A stretch of 32,000 nt of DNA from Legionella bononiensis. Lineage in GTDB: Bacteria; Pseudomonadota; Gammaproteobacteria; Legionellales; Legionellaceae. Shown here piece by piece: positions 9,743 through 18,809 of this stretch (its first letter is position 1; each line of letters starts with the position of its first letter). Made by a program: the position numbers and the translations under genes. The stretch lies in assembly GCF_016786415.1 (NCBI RefSeq), contig NZ_JADWVN010000016.1. One strand, given 5' to 3'. The notes beneath the pieces were generated by a model, which had not been told where the DNA came from, ran no database searches, and saw only the letters and a program-made list of their open reading frames with translations.

Positions 9743-11503
9743 TTATCCTTTTTCTTGATTTAACTCTTCATTTTTAGACGGAGGTTCAGTTTCCCTCCTT
9801 AAAAACTCTTCATCTAATTGCCCTACCACTCGAATAGCCTCTGCAATTGAAGTCGTCCCGTCCTTAACCAGCTCAAGGACTGATTCGGATAATGGATGAT
9901 AAGTTTTACACGCTAATGCTGCTTTGACAAAAGCTGCTGAATCATTCTGGCGTAAAGCATTCAGCATATCCGTATTTAGCTCCAATAACTCATAAATTCC
10001 CACTCGTCCATAATAACCGCTGTAGTTACAATGCGAGCATCCTACTCCTTTTTTAAAAGAAAGTTTAGGATCAACCTTCATTGATAGAAGCCAGATTAAC
10101 TCATGTTCATCAGGTTTTTCTGTATAAATACAGAATTTACAAAGTGTACGAACTAACCTTTGACCGATGATTGCCTTTACTGCAGAGGCGACCATATAAC
10201 CTTCAACCCCCATATCGATTAATCGAATAGCTGAAGTCATGGCATCATTAGTATGCAAGGTAGCAAGTACCAAATGACCCGTAACAGCTGCTCGCATTGC
10301 GATTTGAGCGGTTTCTGGATCACGGATTTCACCCACCATAATAACATCTGGATCCTGGCGCAGCATGGCACGTAGAACTCGTGCAAAAGTCAAATCGATC
10401 TTGGGGTTAACCTGTACCTGATTAATTCGGCTGATGCGATATTCGATAGGATCCTCAACCGTTATAATTTTACGCTCGGGTAAATTAAGCCTGGCGAGAA
10501 TACTGTATAAAGTTGTTGTTTTACCACTTCCTGTAGGACCAGTAACCAAGAGCATCCCATAAGGCTTGGAATAGATTTCTTCGATACGTTTTACTGTTTC
10601 AGGATCAATTCCAAGTTGACTTAAATCCGTCACTTCACTGGATTGATTCAGTAATCGCATTACTACGGCTTCCCCATTCGCGGTTGGCAAGGTGGATAAA
10701 CGTACATCAAATGAATTACCCTTGATTTTAAAATTAAAGCGACCATCCTGTGGAATTCGTTTTTCAGAAATATCCAGATGGGCACGCAGCTTTAATCGCT
10801 GAATCAAGGCACTGACAATACGCTTTTCATCTAAGATATTCTCATGAAGCTGGCCATCGATACGAAAACGAATACGTAACGATTTTTCATCAGGTTCAAT
10901 ATGAATATCTGATGCTCTGGCTTGAACTGCATCATGAAACAGGGAGTTTAAGAGTTTTACTACAGGTGCCTGCTCATCACTTTCTTGTAGTTCATCAAAC
11001 AACTCATCTTCTTTTCCGCTCAACTCCTCAATCATCTCTCCAGAAAGCTCATGGGCAAAAGTTGATATTTCCTGAGTCCGGCGATAAATTCTATCTATTG
11101 CATTTAATAACGACATCTCGCTGATAACGGCTAATTTTAACGGCTTTTTTAATACCTTTGAAATCGCATCAAAAGCAGTAATATCTTGAGGGTCAGCCAT
11201 CCCAACTAATAATTCACCATCTTTCTCACCAAGAACCAATGCACGACAACGTCGTGCGTATGTTTCAGGTAACAAATGAGTATATTCAGGTGAAAGTTCG
11301 TATTTATCCAAATCTATATATGGAATATTCAATTGTTTGGCAAAAAGTTCAAGAACATCATGCTCCGAAACAACGCCCATATTTATCAGGATTCTTCCAA
11401 ATTTATCACCGGTTTTTTTTTGCAACTCCATAGCCTGATCAAGAGTCTCCTGGTTAATTAAGCCTGCATTAAGCAAAATCTCACCAAGTCGTATACGCTT
11501 CAT
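9743..11503 (-). CDS. mshE: MSHA-type pilus extension ATPase MshE (GspE/PilB family) with N-terminal c-di-GMP-binding MshEN domain
   Basis: Two tandem 24-residue MshEN motifs at the N-terminus (RLGEILLNAGLINQETLDQAMELQ, KKTGD spacer, KFGRILINMGVVSEHDVLELFAKQ). Walker A GPTGSGKTT, Asp box, Walker B/His box, and tetra-Cys CKFC...CSHC. Confidence 0.9.
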   Translation of the reverse strand: MKRIRLGEILLNAGLINQETLDQAMELQKKTGDKFGRILINMGVVSEHDVLELFAKQLNIPYIDLDKYELSPEYTHLLPETYARRCRALVLGEKDGELLVGMADPQDITAFDAISKVLKKPLKLAVISEMSLLNAIDRIYRRTQEISTFAHELSGEMIEELSGKEDELFDELQESDEQAPVVKLLNSLFHDAVQARASDIHIEPDEKSLRIRFRIDGQLHENILDEKRIVSALIQRLKLRAHLDISEKRIPQDGRFNFKIKGNSFDVRLSTLPTANGEAVVMRLLNQSSEVTDLSQLGIDPETVKRIEEIYSKPYGMLLVTGPTGSGKTTTLYSILARLNLPERKIITVEDPIEYRISRINQVQVNPKIDLTFARVLRAMLRQDPDVIMVGEIRDPETAQIAMRAAVTGHLVLATLHTNDAMTSAIRLIDMGVEGYMVASAVKAIIGQRLVRTLCKFCIYTEKPDEHELIWLLSMKVDPKLSFKKGVGCSHCNYSGYYGRVGIYELLELNTDMLNALRQNDSAAFVKAALACKTYHPLSESVLELVKDGTTSIAEAIRVVGQLDEEFLRRETEPPSKNEELNQEKG

Positions 11504-11505
11504 AA

Positions 11506-12516
11506 CTATCCTTGTATTTTTTTCAAACGATTTTGAGCATATGCCCGAACCACCGTTTCACTATCCGGACTTTGGCTTGCCCGTATGTACGCTTCCTTTG
11601 CTTGATTCAGATCATGGGTGTATTCAAGCGAAATGGCATATCCTAACCAATACTGACCATTATTCGGATCAATCTGAATTAATGACTTAAATATTCCGCC
11701 TGACTCAACGATTTTCCCCTCACCTTGAAGTGCTGCAGCCAAAGTGCCATAAAAATCGGGATAGGTTTCTATGGGAGGATGATAGTTGGATAAATATTTC
11801 ACTGCTTCAGCTGCTTTACCCTGTTCAAGAATTAATCTTCCCTTTATCGAAATAAGTGGTATATCTAAAGGCGTGTGTTTTAACCCTTCATTAACTACTG
11901 CTGTTGCCAAATCAAAATCACCATAGGTTAGATATAAAGATGCCAGATTTTCACTGGCATTCACTGCATTAGGAATTTTATCTAAAATTTCCTGTAATAG
12001 TTCTATTGCACGATCATCACGTCCCTCTTCGATTGATTGCAGTGCTTTATTCATTTGGGCATCATGCCATTCAGTAAGCGTTTGAGGCGCATAAACTTTA
12101 TTTACGGTTGTCTCTTCTGGTTCATTCTGACTCTCCACCCAATCAGGCACATCATTCTGCTCAACAGCTAATTGAGGAGCCGGTGGTAATTCAGATTCAA
12201 CAGCGTGCACGGGAGGAAGGGCAGGAATATAACTTATAGGCTTTATTGGTTCTAATGGCGCAGGACGTGAAAGAGAGTCTGCTATTACTATTGCAGGATC
12301 CTCCTGAGTTGGTGCTTTAGATTTTGATAATGAGTCACCAGCAATACTGATCAAGACCATTCCCGTGAGAATTATAAGCAGAAAAACACCGCCTGCCAGC
12401 AATCCCCACTTTATTCTAGCCAAATTATTACTGGGAACAGCCTGAAGAAGCGGAATTGGATTTTTAGTTCGTTGTTGTTTGGAAAGATCATTTAAGAGAT
12501 CATTAAGCAAACTCAT
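11506..12516 (-). CDS. mshN: MshN-like TPR-repeat pilus biogenesis protein (N-terminal TM, Pro-rich linker, TPR C-terminus)
   Basis: Located between the mshM-like and mshE genes. One TM (WGLLAGGVFLLIILTGMVLI), a Pro-rich spacer, then TPR-like helices. The track start at 12537 is TTG; the ATG at 12516 overlaps the mshM stop as ATGA and is preferred. Confidence 0.7.
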   Translation of the reverse strand: MSLLNDLLNDLSKQQRTKNPIPLLQAVPSNNLARIKWGLLAGGVFLLIILTGMVLISIAGDSLSKSKAPTQEDPAIVIADSLSRPAPLEPIKPISYIPALPPVHAVESELPPAPQLAVEQNDVPDWVESQNEPEETTVNKVYAPQTLTEWHDAQMNKALQSIEEGRDDRAIELLQEILDKIPNAVNASENLASLYLTYGDFDLATAVVNEGLKHTPLDIPLISIKGRLILEQGKAAEAVKYLSNYHPPIETYPDFYGTLAAALQGEGKIVESGGIFKSLIQIDPNNGQYWLGYAISLEYTHDLNQAKEAYIRASQSPDSETVVRAYAQNRLKKIQG

Positions 12517-13424
12517 AAAGTTAATCCGTAATACCAAATCATGATAAAGAATACCAATACACCCATCGCTCCGATACCGAGAAAGGGTTTTATATAAGGC
12601 CGCCAGAGGAAGAGTTCGGAGCTTTCTGTATCAGCAATTGCTCGATTCACCGCATGACTATTAACCAAAGATTTACCCTGCCCATAAGCTACCAAAAGTG
12701 ACTTGTGACAAAGAATATTCAATAATCGAGGTAATCCTCCACTGGCCTTATATAATCGTCGCTTCGCATACGATGTAAATAAACAACCGTACGTATAACC
12801 TGCCTTTGCTAAACGATGACTTAAATACTTATCCAGATCACCTCGGGCCAGCGGTTGTAATTCATATGAAAAAGTGAATCGCTGTTTTAGTTGACGAAGA
12901 TTAATCTGAGCCAATTTAACGTCTAATTCAGGCTGACCAAAAAGGACTACCTGGAGCAGTTTTCTTTCCTCAGTTTCAAGGTTAGTCAGAAGTCGAACAG
13001 CCTCAAGACATGAATCAGGTAAAGCCTGTGCTTCATCAATGATCAATACTGTTTTTTTTCCAGCCCGATGTAAATCAAGAAGTCGCTGATTAATCGCTTC
13101 AAGCAGTTGATATTGTGTCCAATTTTCTTCTGGTTTAACACCTAGTTCACTTGCAACAGCAAAACGTAAGCCATCTGCGGTCTGATCGGGATTAGGTATG
13201 TACGCTGTAACATATTCATCTTTCAAACTATTTAATAAAATTCTACAGATCAAAGTTTTTCCAGTGCCAATTTCACCCACAATTTTAATAAAACCTTCAC
13301 CTTGAGAAAGACTTAGCAAGAGAACATTTAATGCTTCCTGGTGGCTAGGTAGTTCACAAAAAAACTCTGTATTTGGCGTGAGTGTAAACGGCGCTTTAGT
13401 CAATCTAAAATGTTCTAAATACAT
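12513..13424 (-). CDS. mshM: MshM (ExeA-like AAA+ ATPase) pilus biogenesis protein
   Basis: Walker A GEIGTGKT, Walker B VLIIDEAQ, ExeA-like layout and a C-terminal TM segment. A strong GGGAGAGGGAG sits directly upstream of the ATG. Confidence 0.8.
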   Translation of the reverse strand: MYLEHFRLTKAPFTLTPNTEFFCELPSHQEALNVLLLSLSQGEGFIKIVGEIGTGKTLICRILLNSLKDEYVTAYIPNPDQTADGLRFAVASELGVKPEENWTQYQLLEAINQRLLDLHRAGKKTVLIIDEAQALPDSCLEAVRLLTNLETEERKLLQVVLFGQPELDVKLAQINLRQLKQRFTFSYELQPLARGDLDKYLSHRLAKAGYTYGCLFTSYAKRRLYKASGGLPRLLNILCHKSLLVAYGQGKSLVNSHAVNRAIADTESSELFLWRPYIKPFLGIGAMGVLVFFIMIWYYGLTL

Positions 13425-13439
13425 CTCCCTCTCCCCAGT

Positions 13440-15197
13440 TTATCGTGTGCTCAGATTCTCTTTTGATTTTGGACCCAGCACAATTGGAGCTTCTCCTTGA
13501 GTACCATAGATATCAGGCCGATCTCCCAAATGAAAACCACGCTTAAGACTTGCAATTCTTCGAGTAGTATCCGTAAGATCTTTAATGTTGCTTTTCTGGT
13601 TAACAATGGTTGCTTTTAATAAAATCACCAGTTCACTTTTGTCGGAGTTTTGCTTGGTTCGACGTACCAAGGTACCTAAAAAGGGAATGTTACCAAACCA
13701 GGGTAGTTGAGCAATACCCTCTGTCGTTGCATCTTGCATCAACCCACCAATGACCACTACCTGACCATTTTTGGAATGGACTATAGTATCAGACTCTCGG
13801 ATGGTGCTGTTGGCCAATGGCAGATCCAGAACACCACCTTGTGTACCCAAATCAATCACTTTTCGCTGATCTTTTACAAGGCTTACAGAAGGATGTATAT
13901 GCAGAGTAACTTGTCCATTGGGATCAATTTGAGGGGTAACATCGAGGGTAATCCCAGAAAAGAATGGAGTTAAATTCACATTTAATGTGGGCTGCGTAAC
14001 TAACCCTTGCGATACGATGTTTTGGTTCTGAGACACGTTAGTAACAAAAAACTCATCAAATCCCACTTTAATTGCAGCCTTCTGATTATTCATAGCTGAT
14101 ACACGTGGACTGGATAAAACCTGCACATTACCTTGGAGCTCAAGAGCCTGGATATAGGTGGTGAAATCACGGGGATTCCAATGGATATCGATTCCAAAAC
14201 CCTGACCAGCAGCTCGAATAGCCGCACTTGAAAAATCGGCATTAGGTATGTCAACGTTCGTTCCAGTGAAATTCGACAGCGCATTAAGCTTTGCACCAAA
14301 AAGTTTCCAGTCAATGCCCATTTGAAACTCATTACTCAGATTGACCTCAAGAATTTTGGCTTCAAGAATGACCTGACGATCCATACTGTTCTGCACAACA
14401 TCCAGATACTTTTCGACTTGTTTGAGCTCTTTTGGCATAGCCCTGACAACAATGATTCCAGCAACAGGATTAACTGTGACTGAACGACCATCCGTTTTAC
14501 CAATAATATTTTCGAGAGTAAGCTTTAACGATTTCCAAAAATCGATATCACTTTTGGTTTCAACAGCGCCGATCACATTACTGTAACTTTGATTATTATT
14601 AATATTGGTAGGCAAAGAAGTCGTAGAGGTTGTTCCAGCTGTCCCTTGATTGTTTGAACCAACAGAAGTGACCTCTCCATTGCTTACGGTCATATTAGAG
14701 CTGCCCTTACGCTGCAACTCCAGGTAATTCACATTATAAATTTGGGTTTTTAAAGAATTAGGAAGTATTTCATAGCCGCCCTGAATTGGAATATAGGCGT
14801 AACCATAAACATCTTCAATGGATTGAAGTACTTGTTCAACAGTAACCTGTTTAAGGCTTAATGTAATAGTGCCTTTAATTTCAGGACTCACAACCATATT
14901 GGTTGATGTATCCGCAACAAGACCCATAAAAAAAGCCTGGGCAGGTACATTTTTCACTGCAATATCAAAACGTTGATTACTTGAACGAGCCCCTCCGGAG
15001 CGTACTTTCAAACTGGGTAAAAGTGCTTGAACGGCGTTACGATGAGGCATTCTGCTGTCTTTCGCCATTAACGTTTTATTATTAGCAATCCCTGTTTGCA
15101 ATTCATTATCCATTTCATCAATTGCAGTACCTTTAACCGGCTTATGCATATTACAGGCTGTGAGGAGCAAAAGAAGTATAACTGTATATTTTTTCAT
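13440..15197 (-). CDS. mshL: Pilus secretin MshL (GspD/PilQ superfamily), lipoprotein
   Basis: Lipobox LLLLLTAC|N. Secretin C-terminal domain blocks (VLSSPRVSAMNNQKA, IPFLGTLV...ELVILLKATIV). The start overlaps the mshK stop as ATGA. Confidence 0.88.
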   Translation of the reverse strand: MKKYTVILLLLLTACNMHKPVKGTAIDEMDNELQTGIANNKTLMAKDSRMPHRNAVQALLPSLKVRSGGARSSNQRFDIAVKNVPAQAFFMGLVADTSTNMVVSPEIKGTITLSLKQVTVEQVLQSIEDVYGYAYIPIQGGYEILPNSLKTQIYNVNYLELQRKGSSNMTVSNGEVTSVGSNNQGTAGTTSTTSLPTNINNNQSYSNVIGAVETKSDIDFWKSLKLTLENIIGKTDGRSVTVNPVAGIIVVRAMPKELKQVEKYLDVVQNSMDRQVILEAKILEVNLSNEFQMGIDWKLFGAKLNALSNFTGTNVDIPNADFSSAAIRAAGQGFGIDIHWNPRDFTTYIQALELQGNVQVLSSPRVSAMNNQKAAIKVGFDEFFVTNVSQNQNIVSQGLVTQPTLNVNLTPFFSGITLDVTPQIDPNGQVTLHIHPSVSLVKDQRKVIDLGTQGGVLDLPLANSTIRESDTIVHSKNGQVVVIGGLMQDATTEGIAQLPWFGNIPFLGTLVRRTKQNSDKSELVILLKATIVNQKSNIKDLTDTTRRIASLKRGFHLGDRPDIYGTQGEAPIVLGPKSKENLSTR

Positions 15198-15535
15198 CTA
15201 CGTTTTGTCCACAGCCTTTTTCCAAATAAATACAAGATGACCTTGCGGCCAGAGTACAACAATACCACATGATTTTTATCAATAGCAAGGACGCGTGCCC
15301 CGTTAATGGAACTGCCAACACTGACAATTTGTTCATTTATCATTGCGAGTCGCCTCATTCGTCCAATCAATATACTTTGAAGATTAAAAGGGGTACCTTT
15401 ATCTTTAGCTACAGGCTCCTCCGTGTTTACTTTAGGTTTGGTCGGGTCACTTAAATACGCCAGGCCAATATTCGGAATCAGCAAAAAAAACAGGAAGATG
15501 AAAGGGCAGAATAATTTGGAGTACCGGTTACTCAT
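15194..15535 (-). CDS. mshK: MshK-like small pilus biogenesis protein
   Basis: 113 aa with an N-terminal hydrophobic signal/anchor. Sits immediately upstream of the secretin, as mshK does in Vibrio MSHA loci. ATGA coupling at both ends. The assignment rests mainly on synteny. Confidence 0.55.
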   Translation of the reverse strand: MSNRYSKLFCPFIFLFFLLIPNIGLAYLSDPTKPKVNTEEPVAKDKGTPFNLQSILIGRMRRLAMINEQIVSVGSSINGARVLAIDKNHVVLLYSGRKVILYLFGKRLWTKRR

Positions 15536-16269
15536 GGGGTAACTCCCTGCGCCACATTAGTCGTATCGGTAGGTAGTTTCAAAGTATAGAACTCAATCTC
15601 CGCGATCCCTTCTGGATACTTTTTGACGGTATAAGTAAATTTATCCCAATACAGACTCCAATTGAGCCCTTCCAGGCGCTTTAAATAATTCATTATAGGA
15701 AAATAGTTACCTTTTAAGATTAATCGGTAATGGGTATGCACTACATTCATTCGGTTTGATGCTTTCTGATTCGATGAGGCGTCACCAGACGAAACTTGAT
15801 TTGTTGTCGGTTGAGGTTGAATTACAGCAGGTTGAGGTATGGTTGCTAAATCAACAATGGTTACCCCAAAAGTTTGTTTCAACATGTCATGCAACAATTT
15901 AGCTAAATCACGACTGCTGATGTAACGACGACGATAACGAGCAAACTTTTTTTCAATTTCATTCAATTGACTCATTAAATCTTTATAATCATTTAAAAAC
16001 TGGACAGTATCAGGATTGTTTAGCAAGATATGAATAACTGTTTGCTTTTGCTTTAATTCATTAACTTGAGTCTCCAATTGCTGCGTTTGAAGGACACTGT
16101 CATTAATCGCTTTTTTTTGAGGATAATGTACTGCTAAGAACCATAATCCAAAAAGTAACGAAAGAACAATGATTAATAGACTGAATCTATCACGCTCGCT
16201 TAATTGTTCTATTCTGAGTTTAAACAACTGATAATGTCTTAAAAACAATAAGTGAATACTCATAGTCAT
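15532..16269 (-). CDS. mshJ: MshJ (PilO-like) bitopic inner-membrane alignment protein
   Basis: One N-terminal TM (FSLLIIVLSLLFGLWFLAV) followed by a coiled-coil-like stretch and a C-terminal domain. Position is between the PilN-like gene and mshK. ATGA overlaps at both ends. Confidence 0.6.
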   Translation of the reverse strand: MTMSIHLLFLRHYQLFKLRIEQLSERDRFSLLIIVLSLLFGLWFLAVHYPQKKAINDSVLQTQQLETQVNELKQKQTVIHILLNNPDTVQFLNDYKDLMSQLNEIEKKFARYRRRYISSRDLAKLLHDMLKQTFGVTIVDLATIPQPAVIQPQPTTNQVSSGDASSNQKASNRMNVVHTHYRLILKGNYFPIMNYLKRLEGLNWSLYWDKFTYTVKKYPEGIAEIEFYTLKLPTDTTNVAQGVTP

Positions 16270-16901
16270 TTCCCCCCGGAGTCCGTTTTAGTTGGGTCTT
16301 CAGAATCATCTTCAGAACCAAGATCATCCGTTGCTATAGAAAATTTTACGTAGGGGCGATTGGTTATTGCTTTTACATAAAACAAATTAAACACTATTTT
16401 TTTAAAAGCTGCTGTTTTCATTAAACGATTCATCAGCACTGATACATCATCAGGACGAACGGCATAACCACCAAGAGTGATACTGTCACTGTCCAAATTA
16501 ATTGAAATTTGATTAAACCATAAAGATGCAGGTACAGTTTGAGCCAATGCATACATAAATCCGGAAAACCCGGGTCTTACAATCAGATGTTCTAAAGCGG
16601 CATAATCAGCACTTCGCTCCTCAACCTGATTCCTCAATGCCTGAATCTGATTTGATAATGAAATATTATTACTCAATAGAGGGTATTTTTTGACCAACTC
16701 GGTGTAGGTTTGGCTTTCATTAACTAATGTTTGTTGGAGTTCATTGAGATTACTACGCGCATTATATATGTGTACTCCCTTGAAAACAGAAATAATAAAA
16801 AGAAAAACAGTCACCCCGATAACTATCCAAACCATTTTTGTAACGGATAGTCTACTGCTGTCCTTAGGGAGATCGCGAAGAAAATTGATTGATTGAATCA
16901 T
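16266..16901 (-). CDS. PilN-like fimbrial assembly protein (equivalent to the C-terminal half of a fused MshI)
   Basis: N-terminal INFL..LP motif resembling the PilN INLLP box, a single TM (MVWIVIGVTVFLFIISVF), a coiled-coil region and an acidic C-terminal tail. The start shares one nt with the upstream stop (TAATG). Confidence 0.55.
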   Translation of the reverse strand: MIQSINFLRDLPKDSSRLSVTKMVWIVIGVTVFLFIISVFKGVHIYNARSNLNELQQTLVNESQTYTELVKKYPLLSNNISLSNQIQALRNQVEERSADYAALEHLIVRPGFSGFMYALAQTVPASLWFNQISINLDSDSITLGGYAVRPDDVSVLMNRLMKTAAFKKIVFNLFYVKAITNRPYVKFSIATDDLGSEDDSEDPTKTDSGGK

Positions 16902-17824
16902 TATTTCTCCCCGTTCAAATGCATTAAGGCGCCGCCAATTGCATAAAATGCCTCAGCCATAACCGGAGGAGTTATCTTCTGTTCGGACTTAAAATAGGCA
17001 TTAACATCAAGTAAAAATACATCCTTTACAAGCTCTTCCTTTAATCGAAGAAATAAATCTTCTGCAGCATAGAAGCTTGGGGTAAAGAAAATTTTCTTAG
17101 GTTCAGGCAATTTAAGTTCAATTAAACAATAATCAATGGACCGCTGTATTTCCAGAACCATATCATGAATTGCAGTACTCTCAGGTTCAATTATCGAACG
17201 ACTGATTGACAATGCCCGAGAGAGATACAAGCTGTCTTTAAAATAGATATGCAACCTGCAAACATTTGCGTCATAACTGACTACTATAGTCGGTGATTCA
17301 GGATCTATAGGAGCACGCCTCAGCAATTGGGACAACGCCAGCTCAGCAATGCTTATTGATGAAATATTAAGCAAACAACGCTTCAACAATTCGACTTTAT
17401 TTATTAATTCATTTTGAGGCGTTACTGCGACAAAAACACGTTTTCGCAAGCCACCAGCACCGTGTAGCGGTACCATAAATGTATCCACAGCGATGTCGTT
17501 TAACGGGTAATCTATCATTCCTTTCAGATGCCAGCGTAAGGCTTTGGCCATCTCCTGCTCTGGAACTTCAAGCGCATCCATTAACAACAGCTGATATAAG
17601 CCCGGTGATAAAATAACCTGGCAAGGGAGACCAATTAAACTATATCGCTCAATTGCCTCTGATATTCCCTTGGTGAACAGTTCTGGCTTTGGATCTGGAA
17701 AATAATGGTGTTCACAAAAGCGTATGCTGCTACCCTCTTCAAGTTCTACAAGACTAAAACCATGTTCACTTAATAAACATGATAGTTGTCGTGAAGGTTT
17801 TTTCGCTTTGCCCAAGCCGAACAT
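16901..17824 (-). CDS. mshI: MshI (PilM-like cytoplasmic) pilus assembly protein
   Basis: 307 aa, no TM, first gene of the I-J-K-L-M-N-E block. Size and position fit a PilM-like actin-fold component. The assignment is by synteny, not by recognised motifs. Confidence 0.55.
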   Translation of the reverse strand: MFGLGKAKKPSRQLSCLLSEHGFSLVELEEGSSIRFCEHHYFPDPKPELFTKGISEAIERYSLIGLPCQVILSPGLYQLLLMDALEVPEQEMAKALRWHLKGMIDYPLNDIAVDTFMVPLHGAGGLRKRVFVAVTPQNELINKVELLKRCLLNISSISIAELALSQLLRRAPIDPESPTIVVSYDANVCRLHIYFKDSLYLSRALSISRSIIEPESTAIHDMVLEIQRSIDYCLIELKLPEPKKIFFTPSFYAAEDLFLRLKEELVKDVFLLDVNAYFKSEQKITPPVMAEAFYAIGGALMHLNGEK

Positions 17825-17932
17825 CCATCATCCTGATAATAAATGGTAAATCTAGTTTAACTGAGCCATTTTTGAATGTCGACTGCTATCTTGTTGATCC
17901 AGCATGGAAAAATCCTGTTCAAATGACCGTTC

Positions 17933-18412
17933 TTATTTCATGTTATTTAAAAAAACAGTATTAATCAGTTGAATGGTTTCATCCCCTTCTTTTAATGTCA
18001 TATCGATTGTAATTGCTCTAACCAGGGCTGGAGTAGCAGTGCTATTAAAATTTGATTGATAATACGTCAATGTAAATCCCGTTACCACATCGCTAAGAGG
18101 CTGGGACGATATTCCTGTACGAGTGAGTGTTGGCCCAGGACTAACCCAAGTGTAAGTAATTGATTCACCATTTGATGTGGTAAAACTGACATTTGCAGAA
18201 TTAATCACCGAAAAACTTACTGCCTGTTCCAGTTCTTTAGTCATTCGAGCCATCGCCAATGCGGCCTGATTATTTAAACCTGTAACATTTATCCCTGTAA
18301 AATAACTTGTAAATCCCGCATTTAACATCACCGAAGCAATTGAAAAGATGATCCCGGAAAGGACCATTACCATAATCATTTCAATGAGGGTAAAGCCCTT
18401 AGTTGTTCGCAT
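17933..18412 (-). CDS. Minor prepilin (MshO/PilW-like) with class III signal peptide
   Basis: MRTTKG|FTLIEMIMVMVLSGI: Gly-1, Phe+1, Glu+5. The ORF track starts at 18442 (16-residue leader); the ATG at 18412 gives a 6-residue leader. The start choice is uncertain. Confidence 0.75.
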   Translation of the reverse strand: MRTTKGFTLIEMIMVMVLSGIIFSIASVMLNAGFTSYFTGINVTGLNNQAALAMARMTKELEQAVSFSVINSANVSFTTSNGESITYTWVSPGPTLTRTGISSQPLSDVVTGFTLTYYQSNFNSTATPALVRAITIDMTLKEGDETIQLINTVFLNNMK

Positions 18413-18800
18413 AGTTGTATACGTAGGCCTTGATAATGGCATCTCCTGCTCCTGAAACAGTAATCGTAATAATTTTAGGGTTGGTTCCGGATATAATTGG
18501 TGTACTCACTGTGAAATTATTGGCAGCAGCGTAGGTCGAAAGAGGAGTGCATATTGCTAAACCAGGGGAAGTAGTGCATGGATCAGAAAGTGTTGTATAC
18601 CCATTGATGGAGCGATTCATCAAAATAATTTGCATCCGCGCATTGGCAAGAAAACTTGCCTGAGTAATCGATGTGGGTGTATTGGCACGACTGAGGGATT
18701 CATTCAGACCAACCAATAATCCTCCGGCAATAATGCCAATCAGTACAACGAAAGCGATCAGTTCAATCAGGGTAAAGCCTTGTTGTAATCCTTTTCTCAT
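18399..18800 (-). CDS. Minor prepilin (MshD-like) with class III signal peptide
   Basis: MRKGLQQG|FTLIELIAFVVLIGI with Glu+5 and one Cys pair (DPC...AIC). The track start at 18809 is GTG; the ATG at 18800 has AGGTGA 5 nt upstream and is preferred. Confidence 0.75.
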   Translation of the reverse strand: MRKGLQQGFTLIELIAFVVLIGIIAGGLLVGLNESLSRANTPTSITQASFLANARMQIILMNRSINGYTTLSDPCTTSPGLAICTPLSTYAAANNFTVSTPIISGTNPKIITITVSGAGDAIIKAYVYNYANN

Positions 18801-18809
18801 GGTGTTCAC

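Noticed and set aside
15151-15336. 61-aa ORF spanning the mshK/mshL junction, and ORF 15269..15454 (+)
   Set aside because: Both overlap the ATGA-coupled mshK and mshL frames. They are alternative-frame artefacts.
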